DNA from: a virus
Strand: one strand, 5' to 3'
Virus record (IMG/VR): IMGVR_UViG_3300000478_000009
Coordinates: 1-15,446 of that record
DNA: 15,446 bases
Below are positions 13,337-15,446 of this stretch, piece by piece (the first letter of the stretch is position 1; each line of letters starts with the position of its first letter). Both the position numbers and the translations under genes were made by a program. The notes below the pieces were generated by a model, which saw only the letters and a list, made by a program, of their open reading frames with translations, was not told the DNA's origin and made no database searches.

Positions 13337-14844
13337 GCCATCTCGTACATGCTTTCCTTCATCTTGAGGTTGCTCTTGTGCTTCTTGTCTTTGAGGTTGT
13401 CATGAGACTCATCTTCGCCACCTTCTGGTTCGGCGTCTTCCCAAGACTCGGCTTCTTTGCCGTCAGAAGCTTCTCTAAGAGCTTCGAGCTTGCGCTTAAT
13501 ATTTTCCTTACGGATTGCTCTTACAGCCTCTGCAAGTTCTTTGTCATCGACTTCAAACTCCGCAACTGGCTCTTCATCCGTGTCACCAAATCCGGCTGCG
13601 CCTTCTGCAACGTCGTCGTTTGCATCAGTGTTGGCGTCAGCACTGTTTTCGTTCATTGAACGGGTAACGGTCTCGTCCTGATCTTCCTCGTCAATAACAG
13701 GCTCACCTTCATCCCAAGGACGTGAGTGAACTTTGCCACTGATCGACTTTGCATCAACAGAACCTGCGGTTCCGCCCTTCATCTCCTCAGCAAGCTTGCC
13801 CTCTTGAGCAACTTCGATGTCTTCAGGGCCACCGAGGTGTGGGTCAACACCAGAGACGTTGGCTGCATGACGTGAATACTCATCGTCAACCTTCACACCG
13901 GTCTCATCAGTGTGTACAGAATCTTTTGCGAGATTCTCATCTTCCTCGAAAAGCTTTGCTGCGAATTCCTTAAGACTTGTCATGTCGGTACCTTTACCTT
14001 GTTCTTTCTTCAAGTAACTATGATCCAAACTAGCCTCTTTCAGCTTTAAGAACAAAAATTCTAACTTGTTTTCGTTGAGGCGTGCTTGTTTACTTGTAAT
14101 TAGGCCCCTATCTCGCATATCATCCAAAGCTTCCATTAAATCGAACAATCTTTGTTTAATTGAGCCTTTTGAAACATCTGAAATGCGACCTGTGAAATAT
14201 GCCCGATCAATTCGTTCGGAAATATTGCTAAGGACTCTATTGTATTCCCTATAAGTAACCGCTTCAGTTGGTAGCGGTGGAACTTCTTCTTCTGTCTCGG
14301 CTGGTTCAACAGGAGCAGCACCGGCAGCTGGTTCGGTAGCTGTTTCTGGTGCTGGAACTGCTTCGGTACCAGTGGTTGAGGCTGGAGGTGTTGTGCCAGT
14401 TGGTTGTACTGGAGCCTGACCTGGAGTAATAGTAACTTTGTCTGTTTCTGCATCCACAAACAGATCATCAAAGTCAACTACGATTTTTCCTTCTTCGTCA
14501 GGCATAGAAGCACCAACCAAATCCTCTCCAGATGGAGCAGGAACAGGTGCGTCAACTGGTTGATCGCCAAGTTCTGCTCCAAGAGCCTGAGTTGGATCAG
14601 TAGTTCCGGCTGGTGCAGTGGTAGCCATTGGACCACCCATACCCTGAGGATCTGGTGGAGTTGGAAGGTCTTCCACATCTTCATCTTGTTCAAAGAAGAA
14701 GTCAGTTGAACCAGCAACTTCCTTTGCGATCACTCGCTTGATGTAAGGGGTGAGCTTTTCAATTAGACGATTCTTCGCATCTTGTTCTGCGATTTCTCGT
14801 AGCTTCTCAGCGTCCCTTAGTGCTTCTGTAAAAAGGTCTGTCAT
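13333..14844 (-). CDS. Large (503 aa) hyper-acidic Pro/Thr/Ala-rich protein. Putative second scaffold or prohead-core protein.
   Basis: ATG start with GAGGAAA SD. It is translationally coupled to the gp22-like gene. There is a long low-complexity segment (PTPPDPQGMGGPMATTAPAGTTDPTQ...TTPPASTTGTEAVPAPETATEPAAGAAPVEPAETEEEVPP) and D/E-rich tails. No enzymatic motif found. Confidence 0.6.
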   Translation of the reverse strand: MTDLFTEALRDAEKLREIAEQDAKNRLIEKLTPYIKRVIAKEVAGSTDFFFEQDEDVEDLPTPPDPQGMGGPMATTAPAGTTDPTQALGAELGDQPVDAPVPAPSGEDLVGASMPDEEGKIVVDFDDLFVDAETDKVTITPGQAPVQPTGTTPPASTTGTEAVPAPETATEPAAGAAPVEPAETEEEVPPLPTEAVTYREYNRVLSNISERIDRAYFTGRISDVSKGSIKQRLFDLMEALDDMRDRGLITSKQARLNENKLEFLFLKLKEASLDHSYLKKEQGKGTDMTSLKEFAAKLFEEDENLAKDSVHTDETGVKVDDEYSRHAANVSGVDPHLGGPEDIEVAQEGKLAEEMKGGTAGSVDAKSISGKVHSRPWDEGEPVIDEEDQDETVTRSMNENSADANTDANDDVAEGAAGFGDTDEEPVAEFEVDDKELAEAVRAIRKENIKRKLEALREASDGKEAESWEDAEPEGGEDESHDNLKDKKHKSNLKMKESMYEMA

Positions 14845-14872
14845 CCTATTTCCTCAGTGGGGGAAGATGGTG

Positions 14873-15364
14873 TTATCTTGGAGTTGAACTTCCGAGTGTG
14901 AGAGAGCCAATGGTTTGACGACCAATGTTTTCTCTTGTGTCGGATGGAGATGCTAGTCCGTCACCATCAAATGCACCACCACCTCCACGTGCAGCTTGCG
15001 TTACTTCTACACCAGCTGCTGGAATATCAGCTGGGTTCTGTCCTTCTGCGGGAACAGCAATGTTTGGAGCATAAGGCGATCCAGGCAGACCACCACCACC
15101 AAGAACTACTTCTTCAAGATTTGGCGAATCGCCATAATCTCGGTTGTAGCTGGTTGGTAGATCCCAATAAGCAATTGCCGCAACATCCGCACCCAATTCA
15201 CCACCAATAAGAAGAGTATTTCCCTGCTCAGTAACGATCTCGTCGTTGATTTCGTTTCTGTAAATGGGTGAACCTGGGTGAGCGGTCTGTAATGACTCAG
15301 TGTCAGAAGAACCGTTTCCTCGTGTTCTGGCTGGTACGTTAATCTTGAATTGTTCGAATGGCAT
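14873..15364 (-). CDS. Hypothetical Gly/Pro-rich 163-aa protein at the 5' end of the head-assembly operon.
   Basis: ATG start with AAGGA SD. Low-complexity GGGG/PxxP-rich composition. Its place in the operon suggests an internal or core protein, but this is an inference. Confidence 0.45.
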   Translation of the reverse strand: MPFEQFKINVPARTRGNGSSDTESLQTAHPGSPIYRNEINDEIVTEQGNTLLIGGELGADVAAIAYWDLPTSYNRDYGDSPNLEEVVLGGGGLPGSPYAPNIAVPAEGQNPADIPAAGVEVTQAARGGGGAFDGDGLASPSDTRENIGRQTIGSLTLGSSTPR

Positions 15365-15446
15365 TGCTTATTCCTTTTGCTATCTGCTTACTAAATATTA
15401 CGCAACAAAAAGTTTTACTTCTTCTCGTATTTTCCAAACGCTAAAG

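Noticed and set aside
13047-13367. Plus-strand 106-aa Ser-rich ORF, and the neighbouring plus-strand ORFs at 13276..13659 and 13457..13681.
   Set aside because: They are antisense to the acidic scaffold genes. Codons complementary to GAA/GAT/GAC runs read as Ser/Ile runs, a typical shadow-ORF artefact. No RBS.
541-15360. tRNA genes: GGTTCGAGG near 560 and GTTCGAATG near 15350 were checked as possible T-loops.
   Set aside because: Both lie inside coding sequence and have no acceptor or anticodon stem context. No intergenic region is long or structured enough for a tRNA. No CRISPR-like spaced repeats anywhere.
15365-15446. T4-type late promoter (TATAAATA) upstream of the head operon. Also looked for at other intergenic regions.
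   Set aside because: Only approximate matches were found (TAATATTTA at ~15400 on the minus strand, CTAAATAAAC near 6540). None matches the consensus well enough to call without genome-wide motif statistics.

Overview
This window reads as a T4-like (Straboviridae-type) phage region. Almost all genes are on the minus strand. Reading the minus strand from high to low coordinates, the order is: (1) a Gly/Pro-rich 163-aa protein; (2) a 503-aa hyper-acidic Pro/Thr-rich scaffold-like protein; (3) a gp22-like acidic coiled-coil scaffold; (4) a gp23-like major capsid protein, 640 aa with an enlarged insertion domain, followed by a strong intrinsic terminator; (5) a free-standing GIY-YIG homing endonuclease; (6) an accessory block: a HAD phosphatase, a GNAT acetyltransferase fused to ParB/Srx-like domains, a plus-strand hypothetical, an H-G-T-motif ADP-ribosyltransferase-fold protein of the KptA/Tpt1 type, a Dps/ferritin-like protein and a plus-strand DUF192-type protein; (7) a gp19-like tail tube protein; (8) a second free-standing homing endonuclease of the HNH type with an N-terminal C2H2 zinc finger, whose ribosome-binding site sits inside an 11-bp hairpin; (9) two small coupled genes. 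The most unusual element is at 1..2051 on the minus strand: a clear homolog of the eukaryotic major vault protein (MVP). It has MVP repeats and a shoulder domain, sits behind a perfect 2x27-bp tandem palindrome-containing repeat, and its reading frame changes at least three times between about 1000 and 400. It therefore looks like a decaying vault-protein gene, or a locally error-ridden one, inside a phage. No tRNA, rRNA or CRISPR arrays were seen.
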